Source: Opitutia bacterium
Lineage (GTDB): Bacteria; Verrucomicrobiota; Verrucomicrobiia; Opitutales; Opitutaceae
Assembly: GCA_947478395.1 (NCBI GenBank)
Contig: CANJVR010000001.1
Span: forward strand, 256,001 to 320,000
DNA: 64,000 nt
Reading direction: 5' to 3'
Below are positions 18,355-29,874 of this stretch, one piece after another. The first letter of the stretch is position 1. The number at the start of each line of letters is the position of its first letter. Both the position numbers and the translations under genes were made by a program. The notes beneath the pieces are model-generated. The model searched no databases, was not told the DNA's origin, and saw only the letters and a program-made list of their open reading frames with translations.

Positions 18355-19926
18355 CTACGTCGCCGTCTCGGTGAACCGCGATTCGCGGATGACCGTGATC
18401 TTAATCGTGCTAGGATACTGGAGCTCGTTCTCGATTCGCGCACGCAGCTCCTTCGCGATCTCGCGCGCGCGATCATCGGTTACCTGGTTCGGCGCCACCA
18501 CGACGCGGATTTCACGACCAGCCTGAATTGCAAACGCCTGCTGTACGCCTTCGACCGCGAGCGCCAGTTTCTCCAGGCGATCAAGCCGCTGGATATAGCT
18601 CGTCATCGATTCTGCCCGGGCCCCGGGGCGCGTCGCTGAGATCGTGTCCGCGAGAATTGTCAGACCGGCGTAGATCGTCTCGGGCTTTACTTCCTCATGA
18701 TGAGCCGCGACGGCGTTGATCACGATCGGTGTTTCACCGTAACGCTTGATGAATTCCGCCCCGATGGTCGCGTGGCTGCCTTCGTGTTCGCCCGGCATGG
18801 CCTTGCCGATGTCGTGCAGCAGACCGGCACGTTTAGCGAGATTCGGATCGAGACCGAGTTCACTGGCAATCAGCGAGGCTAGAAACGCGGTCTCAACCGA
18901 GTGATCGAGCACGTTCTGATTATAAGAGAAACGGTATTTCAGTTTGCCGAGCAGCTTGATGATCTCGGGATGCAGGCCGTTGATATTGAGTTTTGTCACG
19001 GCGTCTTCGCCCGCCTGCGTCGTCACCAACTCGATCTCGTCGCGGGCGCGCTGCACAAATTCCTCGATGCTCGACGGGTGGATGCGTCCGTCCTTGACCA
19101 GCGCATCGAGTGCGGAACGAGCGATTTCGCGACGCACGGGATCGAATGACGAGAGCAACACCAGCTGCGGTGATTCGTCGATCAGGAGCGTCACGCCCGT
19201 GGCGGCCTCGAAGGCTTTGATGTTGCGCCCCTCGCGGCCGATGATGCGCCCTTTCATCTCCTCGGTCGGCAGAGGGACGAGGGTCGCGGTCAGATCGTTG
19301 TTCGGCTTGCTGGCGATGCGCTGCATCGAGGCAATCATGATCCGGCGCGCATCCGTTTGCAGTTCCTGTTCGGATTTCTCGAGGGTCGCCCGACGCAGCG
19401 CGCGCAGCTCGTCCTGACATTCGAGCATGACCTCTTCCCGGAGCGTGCGCCGGATTTCCTCGGCGTCCATTTGTGAAACGCCCTCCAGCCGTTTGCGCAC
19501 ACTTTTCGACAAAGCACGGATCGCATCGCGCGCCTGCTTCACCGCCGAGGTCTCGCGATTGATCCGCTCCTGGCGCTGCTCCAACTGGTAGTCCAGCAAC
19601 GCGAGCGACTCCTCGTGGGCGCGGATTTCGCGCAGACGAACGTCCGACTCAATCTCGCGCCGGTCGAACTCCCGGTTCAGGTCGGCGCGTTTTTCCGCGA
19701 TCTCGCCCTCGGCCTTTTGCTTTAATTCCTCGGCGCCGACGGCTGCCTCGCGACGCGCGAACTCAATCAATTCAGCCGCCTGCTCGTGCGCGACGTTTCG
19801 CCGGTTCCGCGCGAAAACCCAAACCCCCGAAAAACCGAGCAATACGCCGACGAAAATGGAGAGCGAAAACGACCGGTTGAACGTGTCACTTTCAGCAATC
19901 AGGAAGGCGAAGTCGGCTGCGCTCAC
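18355..19926 (-). CDS. rny: Ribonuclease Y
   Basis: N-terminal TM and coiled coil; KH motif KGRIIGREGRNI; HD motif GLLHDIGK; IQAGRE. Start uncertain (19926, 19935 or 19971). Confidence 0.95.
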   Translation of the reverse strand: MSAADFAFLIAESDTFNRSFSLSIFVGVLLGFSGVWVFARNRRNVAHEQAAELIEFARREAAVGAEELKQKAEGEIAEKRADLNREFDRREIESDVRLREIRAHEESLALLDYQLEQRQERINRETSAVKQARDAIRALSKSVRKRLEGVSQMDAEEIRRTLREEVMLECQDELRALRRATLEKSEQELQTDARRIMIASMQRIASKPNNDLTATLVPLPTEEMKGRIIGREGRNIKAFEAATGVTLLIDESPQLVLLSSFDPVRREIARSALDALVKDGRIHPSSIEEFVQRARDEIELVTTQAGEDAVTKLNINGLHPEIIKLLGKLKYRFSYNQNVLDHSVETAFLASLIASELGLDPNLAKRAGLLHDIGKAMPGEHEGSHATIGAEFIKRYGETPIVINAVAAHHEEVKPETIYAGLTILADTISATRPGARAESMTSYIQRLDRLEKLALAVEGVQQAFAIQAGREIRVVVAPNQVTDDRAREIAKELRARIENELQYPSTIKITVIRESRFTETAT

Positions 19927-20413
19927 TGACGTCAAGTTGCGGGAAATTAGGGGCCGCCTACCAAAGCTCAAGTCTTTCTCCGGCCCAAATGGGCGGGAGA
20001 CCGCGAGTCGAAAAGTTGGTCGCGCAATCCTTAATCAGCCGGCTCATTTCCGCTCTCGCGGCGCCGGGCATGACCACGCGATTCCACGCCATCGCTCCCG
20101 CCAATCCGAGATACCAAAAGTTCCACGACACGACTCTGCAGCGGCCCACAGGGCGGACATGGCAAAGGTCGCAACCGGCTGGACCAAAGCGGGGCCAGAT
20201 GGACTGTGCTCGTGAGCGCGTACTTCGGCTTGGTGATCGAAGGCCCGACGGGCGCGATGGTGTTTTGGGCGGGGGTGAAATTGGCCGCCGCTGGAAGCTC
20301 AGCGAAATAAAATTAGATCGAAACGCACGATTCCGGCGACGCAGCCTTGCCGGATTGGATGGAACTGGTTTCTGCTGGGTGGTCGTAACTTTCGCTTAAC
20401 CGGCCGCCGATTC

Positions 20414-21676
20414 ATGAACCTCGCCTCACCCCTCGTCTACCTCGGGGTCTTTAAGACCACGACGCGGTCGCGTTGGGATGTGCTTACGCCGCTGGCGATC
20501 CTCGGTTTGAGCCTGTTCGGGGTCGCGTTTATTTATTCGGCGCAGCTTCATGCCCACGGCCAGGATTGGATCAAACAAATGGCGTTTCTCGGTTTGGGCG
20601 CGGCGATTTACATCGCGGTTTCGCTGATCGACTACCGCTTTTGGCTGAGTGTCGCGCACTGGTTTTACGTCGTCTGCCTGATTCCGTTGGTCGTGGTGTT
20701 GTTCTTTTCGAGTTCGAGCTCCAGCGCTTGGGGTGCCTCGCGTTGGATCAACTTGGGGTTTTTCCACTATCAGCCGTCGGAAACCGCGAAGATCGCCGTG
20801 CTGTTGATCACGGCGAGCATCCTCATTCGCTCGAAAATCGGCACGATCGCCCAGTCGCTGGGCACGCTGGGGAAATTGGCCCTTGCGGTGGGCGTACCCA
20901 TGTTCCTTATCTGGCGACAACCGGACCTCAAGTCGTTGATCGTCCTGCCTCCGATGGTGTTTTCCATGCTCTATGTTTCCCAGCTTTCCGCGCGTTTTTT
21001 CGCGGCGGCGCTCGGGGCGTTTGTGCTACTGATGGCGATCGTCGGCTGGGATTGCTACCGCTACGTCCAGTTTACGGAAGCGAATGACTACGTTTTCGCA
21101 CCCGACTCAAAGACTCATCGCGAAGTCGTGACAGGCAAGTATCAGGGCCATTCGTGGGTCCCCCTCCTGGATTATCAACGGAACCGGATCCTGACGTATA
21201 TCGCGCCCAACAAGATCGATCCACGCGGCGTAGGAGTAACCTACAATCTCAACCAATCGCTGATCTCAGTCGGCTCCGGCGGCCTGACGGGCAAGGGCTG
21301 GCAGCAAGGTCCGCAGGCGCAGCTCGGCTATCTCCCGCCGACCATCGCCCACAATGATTTTATTTTTTCAGTCATTTCCGAAGAACTCGGTTTTTTGGGA
21401 AGCATCACGGTTCTCGGTCTGTTTGGTCTCGTGTTGTTCAATGGCATCCGCATCGCCGGTCTCTCCCGAGACCGTTTCGGCACCCTGCTCGCCTTAGGCG
21501 TCACGGTGCTGTTCATGGTGCATGTGTTCGTGAACATCGCGATGACCATCGGACTCGTGCCCATCACGGGCATACCGCTTCCTTTCATTAGCTACGGTGG
21601 CTCCTTTGTGCTCAGTTGCTGCTTGCTGCAAGGACTGGTCCAGAGCGTCTATCGCTTCCGAAAGGACTTCGCATGA
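20414..21676 (+). CDS. rodA: Rod shape-determining protein RodA (SEDS family)
   Basis: GASRWI, QPSETAK, QPDL, YQRNRI, GSGG..GKG, HNDFIFSV and GIPLPFISYGGS motifs. Confidence 0.88.
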   Translation: MNLASPLVYLGVFKTTTRSRWDVLTPLAILGLSLFGVAFIYSAQLHAHGQDWIKQMAFLGLGAAIYIAVSLIDYRFWLSVAHWFYVVCLIPLVVVLFFSSSSSSAWGASRWINLGFFHYQPSETAKIAVLLITASILIRSKIGTIAQSLGTLGKLALAVGVPMFLIWRQPDLKSLIVLPPMVFSMLYVSQLSARFFAAALGAFVLLMAIVGWDCYRYVQFTEANDYVFAPDSKTHREVVTGKYQGHSWVPLLDYQRNRILTYIAPNKIDPRGVGVTYNLNQSLISVGSGGLTGKGWQQGPQAQLGYLPPTIAHNDFIFSVISEELGFLGSITVLGLFGLVLFNGIRIAGLSRDRFGTLLALGVTVLFMVHVFVNIAMTIGLVPITGIPLPFISYGGSFVLSCCLLQGLVQSVYRFRKDFA

Positions 21677-21778
21677 AAACCGAAGATTCTTCCCGCGATA
21701 CTGACCGCTCTGCCGGAATTTCCTGCGCCGCAACCGCCCCACATCGGTGCCCCGGGCCCAACCCGCATAGCACCCACC

Positions 21779-23533
21779 ATGAGCGATCAATCGCAATCAC
21801 CCCAGAATCCCGACGGCCCAACGGACGTCGCCCAAAAATATGACGCCGAACTGGCCAATCCCCCGCCCATCGGCGAAACGGTTCACGTCAGTTCCGCGGA
21901 CCTAAAAGCCGGCGCCTCCGAGCGCGCCAAGCAACGCCCCCTGCTGCAAAAAATCCTCGCGGTGTTCCAGAAAGAGAAAAGCTCCTACCGCGAGCTCATC
22001 ATCAATTCGGAGCCCCTCGAAAAGCGGGTCGCGCTCCTCGTCGATGGACGTCTCGAAAAATTCGACATCGAGCGCGAGTCCGACAACCGGATGGTCGGCG
22101 GCATCTACAAGGGAAAAATCAAGAATCTTGATCCCGGCCTCAAGGCCGCCTTCGTCGACATCGGGTACACGAAGAACGCGTTTCTTCACTACTGGGACAT
22201 GCTCCCGGCGGCGACCGATTCCAACATCGAGGTCGTTCGCGTTAACAAAAAGAAGAACGCCCCGCCGCGTCCGGCCGAGCCCACGGTCAAGGACATCCCG
22301 AGCATGTACCCGCCCGGGAGCGAGATCATCATTCAGGTCACCAAGGGCCCCATCGGCACGAAGGGACCGCGCACGACCACCAATCTTTCGATCCCTGGCC
22401 GTTACCTGATCCTTACGCCGTTCTCCGATGGCTGCGGTATTTCCCGCAAAATCGAAGCTCCACTCGAGCGCAAACGGCTGAAGACGCTGATCAACGAGCT
22501 CACGCTACCTGAAGGCGTGGGCGTGATTGTGCGCACGGCCGGCGAAGGGAAAAAATCCCGCTACTTCGTCCGCGATCTGCACATTCTGTTAAAAACGTGG
22601 GAAGGCATTCAGGCCAAGATGCTCAGCGACAAGGCGCCGGCCTGCCTGTATCAGGAACCCGACGTCGTCGAGCGCACCGTACGCGATTTCCTCACCGAGG
22701 AAGTCGACCGCGTCCTCATCGACAGCAAGGAAGACCACGAGCGCACCCAGCAACTCGTCGGCCTGATTTCGAAACGCGCCGCCACCAAGATCGCGTTCTA
22801 CAAGGACAGCATTCCGATCTTCGAACGCTTCAACATCGAGCGTCAGATCGAGCAGACAGGCCAGCGCAAGGTCCCGCTCCCGTCCGGCGGTGAAATTATC
22901 ATCGACGAAACCGAGGCCCTGATCGCGGTCGACGTTAACACGGGCTCGCACAAGAACCGCGGCGGCGACGAGAAAAACGTCATCTACGCCGTGAATCTGG
23001 AGGCCGCGACCGAGATCGCCCGCCAGATCAGGCTCCGGAATCTCGGCGGCCTGATCATCATGGACTTCATCGACATGAAAGAGCGGCGCCACCGCAACGC
23101 CGTGTACGAGAAAATGGTCGAGCTCATGTCGACCGACAAAGCCAAGAATCACATCCTGCCCATCTCGCAGCTCGGCATCATGCAGATGACCCGCCAGCGT
23201 CAGCAGGAAAGTCTTTCGGCCAATCTTTACACCGAATGTCCGTACTGCCGCGGTCGCGGTATCGTGAAGAGTGCGACGACGATGTCGGTCGAGTTGCAAC
23301 GCCGCCTCTCGTCGATCGCGCGTCGCCTCCAGATCCGCAACGACGGCAAGGAATATTCCCTGCGCGTGCTGGTGCATCCGAGCATTCTCGAACGACTCCG
23401 CAGCGAAGACGCCGATCTGCTCGTGCGCGCCGAGAAACTGTACGGGGTGAAACTGGCGTTCCGCGCCGACCCGAACTACCATCTCGAGCACTTCAAGATC
23501 ATCAACGCCACGACGGGCGAGGAATACAGATAG
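21779..23533 (+). CDS. Rne/Rng family ribonuclease (RNase E/G)
   Basis: [38 protein letters not shown] and CPYCRGRG motifs. Confidence 0.95.
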   Translation: MSDQSQSPQNPDGPTDVAQKYDAELANPPPIGETVHVSSADLKAGASERAKQRPLLQKILAVFQKEKSSYRELIINSEPLEKRVALLVDGRLEKFDIERESDNRMVGGIYKGKIKNLDPGLKAAFVDIGYTKNAFLHYWDMLPAATDSNIEVVRVNKKKNAPPRPAEPTVKDIPSMYPPGSEIIIQVTKGPIGTKGPRTTTNLSIPGRYLILTPFSDGCGISRKIEAPLERKRLKTLINELTLPEGVGVIVRTAGEGKKSRYFVRDLHILLKTWEGIQAKMLSDKAPACLYQEPDVVERTVRDFLTEEVDRVLIDSKEDHERTQQLVGLISKRAATKIAFYKDSIPIFERFNIERQIEQTGQRKVPLPSGGEIIIDETEALIAVDVNTGSHKNRGGDEKNVIYAVNLEAATEIARQIRLRNLGGLIIMDFIDMKERRHRNAVYEKMVELMSTDKAKNHILPISQLGIMQMTRQRQQESLSANLYTECPYCRGRGIVKSATTMSVELQRRLSSIARRLQIRNDGKEYSLRVLVHPSILERLRSEDADLLVRAEKLYGVKLAFRADPNYHLEHFKIINATTGEEYR

Positions 23534-23562
23534 ACTGCGATCGCCAATTCCTACTTACGATC

Positions 23563-23592
23563 AAGCGGCCCGACACTGGGCCGCTTTTTTTT
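23563..23592 (+). terminator. Rho-independent terminator
   Basis: AAGCGGCCC-gacact-GGGCCGCTT followed by a T run, just after the RNase E/G stop. Confidence 0.85.
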
Positions 23593-23617
23593 CAATCAAT
23601 CCCTGAAAAGTCACAAC

Positions 23618-26290
23618 GTGTCGTTCCGCGATTTCATTCCGGCGTTTGTGAATCGCCCGGGGCGGCGAGGTATTTTGCTAACTGCGGCCCTCGCCGTAAG
23701 CATTATCACTCGGTTGAATGGTGCTGAAAAGAACGACGACAGCGTGGTCTTGCTTCCCGCGGTCGAAGTGAAATCCGACAAGATCGTGCTTATGCCGGAA
23801 TTCGAAGTTGAGGCGGCCCTACTTCCTCAGCCTTGGCGCTATGCCACGATTGAGGGTTTCGAGATCCTCAGCGATCGGAGCGACGCTCGCACAAAGTCAT
23901 TTGCGATCGATTTCGCCGCCTTCCTCCATTTCATCCGGCAAGTCTGTCCAGAGCTGTTACTCCCTGCAGGAACAAAGCTGAGCGTGATTCTCGCGAGCCC
24001 GTCTCGTTACGCAGAGTTAACCCCGCTCTTCCCCTCTCCCCTCGGTTATGCAGAACGTCCATGGGGCGTTCTGGCTCGCTCTCAAGACACTGCTATATTG
24101 GCAGTGCGGTACGCTAGTCCTGATCCTCCGCGCCCGGAGAGAGATTCGGAAGAGCGCGACACGCTCATCCACGCGCAAGCCGCCTATTTCAACGATCCGG
24201 CACTTGTTGTCTATCGTCGCGCGATTCGATCGGGTGCTCCGCCGAACACTCCGTTCACGACTGCGGTTGGACAGAGCCGCCCTTTCCTCGCGTCCGGACA
24301 ACCCTTCTTAAAAACCGGCGTAGTCGCCGTCCTCGCTGGAATGTCCAGCGCCGTCGACGGAGAATTCACTTTTCACGATCAAATGAATCGGTGGGCGCAT
24401 TATTTCCCCGGCGCTCCTGGGTGGCAGAGATCCCTTCCTGTCTCGACCCTGCCTCCGATCGAAAATCTTTTCTCAACTGACATCGATTCTCCGGCTTGGT
24501 CAAGTCCTCTGCATCGGCTGTTACGAGACGCTTTCTGTCATTGGCATTTGCTGGCCGAAGGCCCGCAGCATGCCCGCGCATTTATCGATTTTCTAGCTCG
24601 GGCGGGTCCGGGACCGATCTCACCCGAACAGTTTTATCAGACATTCGGCCGTGACCTTCCGGTTATGAAAACCGTGCTGCTGAGCTACGCCAACCCACTG
24701 ACGAGTAATTTGGTCCGTGGTCTCCCATCGTCTAATTTCTGGAATCGCTTGCCGGTGAAATTGGCTGAAGACGTCAAAAAAACCTACACCTCGCGCCCGG
24801 CCACGCCGGAGGAGAGCGCGCGCATCCGGGCGGACTATCTGCGCCTAGTCGGCAAATCTGACGAGGCTCAACGCGCGCTTACACCTCGTTTCCGTCGGAA
24901 ACAGCTCAACGATCACATCTGGATAACGACCGGCTTGATGATGATGGAGCGCCGCAATGCCGTCGAAGCGAAGCGCAGCTTCGAAGCGGCCATCGCGCTG
25001 GGCACGAGCCGTCCTCTTCCCTACGTCGAACTGGCGGATCTTGAACTAAAGATTGCGCGGCTTCGGTTCGGCGACCGTTTGCTTACTCCGACGGAGGCGA
25101 GCCCCATTATCGCTTTGCTGCAGGAAGCTGCCGCTCGTCCTCCGGTCCTCCGTGAAACCGCTGCTCTGCTTGGTGAAGTACTTTTTCGCACTCAAAGCCC
25201 GACGCCGGAGTCGTGGGCCGATTTATTGGAAACCTCCGCGAAATGCTGGCCGTATGATACATCGCTTCTCTTGCGCTCCGCGTCACGGCTAGCGGAAAGC
25301 GGACACACATTGGGGTCGAAACGATTATTCGCCGCGGCCCGAGCCGGGACGCTCGACCCACTCGTTCTCGCGCAGATTGGTGAGGCCGAAATACAAATCG
25401 ATCATCCACGCACGAGGCCAGCAACGAACGTGGACCCGGCCTCGCCGCCGACCGCCGCGCAGGGCGATGCCACGCGATTGCCTGAAGGTGACGAGCGCAA
25501 CTTCACCATCCCGAAGCTTAGTCTGGAGATGGTCCATGTGCCGCCAGGGAAATTCCTAATGGGAAGCTCGCCGGACAATCCCTATTTCGTTCCCGACCAG
25601 TCGCCGATCACCGCGGTGGTCCTTCGCCACGGTTTTTGGATCGGTAAATACGAAATCACCCAGCGCCAATGGCACGACGTCATGGGCACAACCGTGGACG
25701 ATCAGCGCGAGTTGGAATGCTTCGATCTCCCTCCAAATGGAAGAGGTGCAACGTTTCCCATGTATAATGTCTCTTGGAATGAGGCCGTGGAATTTTGTCG
25801 TCGCCTTACACTCCAGGAGCGCGCCGGGAATAGAATTTCTCCAAAACAAGAGTACCGCCTGCCGACCGAAGCCCAGTGGGAATATGCCTGTCGCGCCGGA
25901 TCACCCAAATCGCTCCCTGACAAACCGAACGAGGTCGGATGGCTCCCCGTGTCGCTTCCATCGCGATGGCCGGTTCCCTTCAACACGGCTCTCTACGTTG
26001 CAGACACTCACCCGGTCGGAAGCAAAAAACCCAATGCTTGGGGCTTGCACGATATGTACGGCAACGTTTCTGAATGGTGCCGGGACTGGTACGCACCCTC
26101 GCTTCAAGGCGGTGCCGTTATTGATCCCACCGGTCCTTCGGACGGAGTCTTTCGCGTTGTCCGGGGCGGCAGTTCGTGGGGCGTCGAAACGGGCATTCCG
26201 ATTATCGGTGCCGCGGTACGCAGCAAAGATCTTCCCACGGCACGATTTGCCCGGGGTTTCCGCTTGGTGCTCGAAACAGTAAGCGAATAA
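23618..26290 (+). CDS. Secreted 890-aa protein with unknown N-terminal region and C-terminal FGE-sulfatase (SUMF1/EgtB/PvdO) domain
   Basis: C-terminal FLMGS, YEITQRQW, YRLPTEAQWEYACRAG, PNAWGLHDMYGNVSEWC, RGGS and GFRLV motifs. Confidence 0.85.
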   Translation: MSFRDFIPAFVNRPGRRGILLTAALAVSIITRLNGAEKNDDSVVLLPAVEVKSDKIVLMPEFEVEAALLPQPWRYATIEGFEILSDRSDARTKSFAIDFAAFLHFIRQVCPELLLPAGTKLSVILASPSRYAELTPLFPSPLGYAERPWGVLARSQDTAILAVRYASPDPPRPERDSEERDTLIHAQAAYFNDPALVVYRRAIRSGAPPNTPFTTAVGQSRPFLASGQPFLKTGVVAVLAGMSSAVDGEFTFHDQMNRWAHYFPGAPGWQRSLPVSTLPPIENLFSTDIDSPAWSSPLHRLLRDAFCHWHLLAEGPQHARAFIDFLARAGPGPISPEQFYQTFGRDLPVMKTVLLSYANPLTSNLVRGLPSSNFWNRLPVKLAEDVKKTYTSRPATPEESARIRADYLRLVGKSDEAQRALTPRFRRKQLNDHIWITTGLMMMERRNAVEAKRSFEAAIALGTSRPLPYVELADLELKIARLRFGDRLLTPTEASPIIALLQEAAARPPVLRETAALLGEVLFRTQSPTPESWADLLETSAKCWPYDTSLLLRSASRLAESGHTLGSKRLFAAARAGTLDPLVLAQIGEAEIQIDHPRTRPATNVDPASPPTAAQGDATRLPEGDERNFTIPKLSLEMVHVPPGKFLMGSSPDNPYFVPDQSPITAVVLRHGFWIGKYEITQRQWHDVMGTTVDDQRELECFDLPPNGRGATFPMYNVSWNEAVEFCRRLTLQERAGNRISPKQEYRLPTEAQWEYACRAGSPKSLPDKPNEVGWLPVSLPSRWPVPFNTALYVADTHPVGSKKPNAWGLHDMYGNVSEWCRDWYAPSLQGGAVIDPTGPSDGVFRVVRGGSSWGVETGIPIIGAAVRSKDLPTARFARGFRLVLETVSE

Positions 26291-26394
26291 TTTTCCTCGC
26301 CGGGTGTGGCCCGATTTCCTGCTTGGCGGAAATCAGACCGGCAGTTTGAAAATCCGCCCGAGCTGGCGTCGGGCAACGGCCGATCGGAACCTTC

Positions 26395-26590
26395 ATGCGC
26401 TCCATTCTCATTCTCCTCCACAAAAACTGCACGAACTTGTTCCTCAACTAGGCCGCCGTGTCGCTCATGTTCATCATTCCGTTCGCGATGATTTATCTGT
26501 TCGGCCAAATCTTCGCGTGAATCGCAAGGACTCCGGCCCCAACGGCATTCCGCTCGCCGTGATCAACGCCAGCACCAACCCCGCCGGCCG
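26395..26590 (+). pseudogene. 5' fragment of an ABC-2 type permease gene with a nonsense codon and a frameshift
   Basis: MRSILILLHKNCTNLFLN*AAVSLMFIIPFAMIYLFGQIF / frameshift / VNRKDSGPNGIPLAVINAS; TAG at 26449. Confidence 0.6.
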
Positions 26591-26678
26591 TCGTCAGCGG
26601 CGGCACTCCTTCTGACCGTAGCGAGGTAGTGATCGAATTTTACCTCAATCGATAGGCGGGGCCGGTTTTAGAACTGCT

Positions 26679-27686
26679 CTACGGTTCGAGGCTCGAGATG
26701 TAAGCGCTGAGCGCGAGCATGTCGTCGTTGGTCAGGTTTGCCACGACGATTTTCATCAAGGCCGTGGACGCTCCGGTGCGCGTGCCATTCTGCACATCGT
26801 AAAGCTGCCGCATCAAATAACTCGGCGAACGACCGGCCAGCCGCGGGACGTCACCCAGTCCTTTCAACGCCGGCCCATGGCAAATCGTGCATTGCTGCGT
26901 TTTGCCACCACCCGTCGCCACCAGTTCGGCGCCACGCTTGAGGCTGCCCACCGGCACATAAACTTCATATGGCGTCCGCGAATCGCGTAGTTCGAACCGA
27001 TCCAATTCGACGGGCACTTCGATGATGCGATTGCCGATTGGTTCCATGCCACCGCCCGGCGCTTTTGCGAGAATGGAACCGGCCACGAACGTTTTCGGGA
27101 CCATTTCCGCCTCGACGACTTTCATGAATGTCTGCGGTTTCAGCGCGGCGAAATATTCCGCCGCTGCTTCGGCCTCGTCCTCGGTCGCCGCCTTACCGAT
27201 GAGGATCATATTATTCTGCGGCCCGCGTTTGGGCTCGGCGCCCGGCCGATCGCCGTTCTTGAACGCGAGAACTTGCTGTTTGATGTACGCCACGGGCAGA
27301 CCGGCAATGCTGGCGTTTTCAGGCCGGCCCGCGCCCGTGGGCAAATGACAAAACGCACACGCCCACACCGCCGGCTCGCGGCCCTGGTTCACGATGGCGG
27401 GCATCGCGGGATGCTCCTCCGGATGCCAGTCGGGCACCGCCGGGCCATGGGCTTTGAGTTGCTGATTAGTGAGCGAGACCGACGCGTTGGGTACATGCTT
27501 CGGAGTTTCATCAACGGGCGCCGCTGGGGAGCGAGCCGGCGGAGGCGTGCCGGGAGCGGCCGGCGCCCGAGGTGGATTCGGCGGCGCGACCGGGAACGCC
27601 CAAGTCGGCAGTTCAGCCGCCGTGAGAGCAACCGACAACGTGGCAAAGGCGACAAACGCCGCGGGGACGACTGCGAATATTCTCAT
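26679..27686 (-). CDS. Periplasmic di-heme c-type cytochrome (c4/c553-like)
   Basis: Signal peptide; CAFCH and CTICH; PRLAGR..YL..QL. Confidence 0.88.
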   Translation of the reverse strand: MRIFAVVPAAFVAFATLSVALTAAELPTWAFPVAPPNPPRAPAAPGTPPPARSPAAPVDETPKHVPNASVSLTNQQLKAHGPAVPDWHPEEHPAMPAIVNQGREPAVWACAFCHLPTGAGRPENASIAGLPVAYIKQQVLAFKNGDRPGAEPKRGPQNNMILIGKAATEDEAEAAAEYFAALKPQTFMKVVEAEMVPKTFVAGSILAKAPGGGMEPIGNRIIEVPVELDRFELRDSRTPYEVYVPVGSLKRGAELVATGGGKTQQCTICHGPALKGLGDVPRLAGRSPSYLMRQLYDVQNGTRTGASTALMKIVVANLTNDDMLALSAYISSLEP

Positions 27687-27967
27687 GGGTAAATAGTTCA
27701 GGGAAACGGTTTGCGCCGGGTTTGGCCACGGCGACATCGGGGTAAAGTGAGCGGGAGAAAATCCCGGTGCATCAGAAAGTGTCCACGCAAAAAAGCCGCT
27801 CCACAACCGCCTCCGCGCGCACCGCGGCCGCGATTCACAAACTGCCCTCGACTCCAGTCCGTGTCTCGCCTCCCGGCACGCGGTCTGAAGCATCGCACGA
27901 CTCTCCCGTCGCCAGCTGTTTCCCGTCTCGCACCCGAAAGAAAATTCTCTCTAGCTCGTGATCCGCC

Positions 27968-29296
<1,329 letters not shown>

Positions 29297-29389
29297 GGTC
29301 CATCGAAAGCGCCGTCGTCTGCAAGGCGCCGACGAAATTTCGGCAGGAGGTCTGCGCTCACCAAGTCGATCGCCCCGCTCCAAACGACC

Positions 29390-29803
29390 ATGAAGTCCTC
29401 CCTGTTCGTCCTCGCGGCCCTCGCGTTGCTTGGCGGCTGCTCCTCGCTTTCCGCCCGCAAAGTCGTCGACCTGAAGCGCTACAAACACGTCTACGTTGAA
29501 CATCGGCTCGCAGACAATCACCGCATCGATGAACAGATTGTCGCAGAGCTAAAATCGTTGGGCTGCGACGCGTCGTGCGGTGTACTCACCATGAAGCCCG
29601 ACAATGCCGAGGCGATCGTTAGCTACGACGATCGGTGGGCGTGGGATTTCAAAAACTACATCATCGAATTTAGACTTTTTGTCCGCGATGCGCGCGCCGA
29701 CAAGCCCGTCGCCGAGGGTTATTATCACCAAGCCGGGCTGACGACCAAATCATCCGAGCAGGTCGTCCATCACGTGCTGACCGAGTTGCTCAACCCAAGC
29801 TGA
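29390..29803 (+). CDS. Hypothetical lipoprotein
   Basis: Lipobox LLGGC; Y.D.W.WD pattern. Confidence 0.75.
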   Translation: MKSSLFVLAALALLGGCSSLSARKVVDLKRYKHVYVEHRLADNHRIDEQIVAELKSLGCDASCGVLTMKPDNAEAIVSYDDRWAWDFKNYIIEFRLFVRDARADKPVAEGYYHQAGLTTKSSEQVVHHVLTELLNPS

Positions 29804-29874
29804 TCCGGCGGCCCGTTTACGGTCATTCCCGTCCGCGGCGCACCTCCACTTTCACCCGTCCGTATTTTCTCATC

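Noticed and set aside
19930..20410. 6S RNA or small ORF upstream of rny
   Set aside because: No long irregular hairpin or convincing ORF recognised; an Rfam scan would be needed
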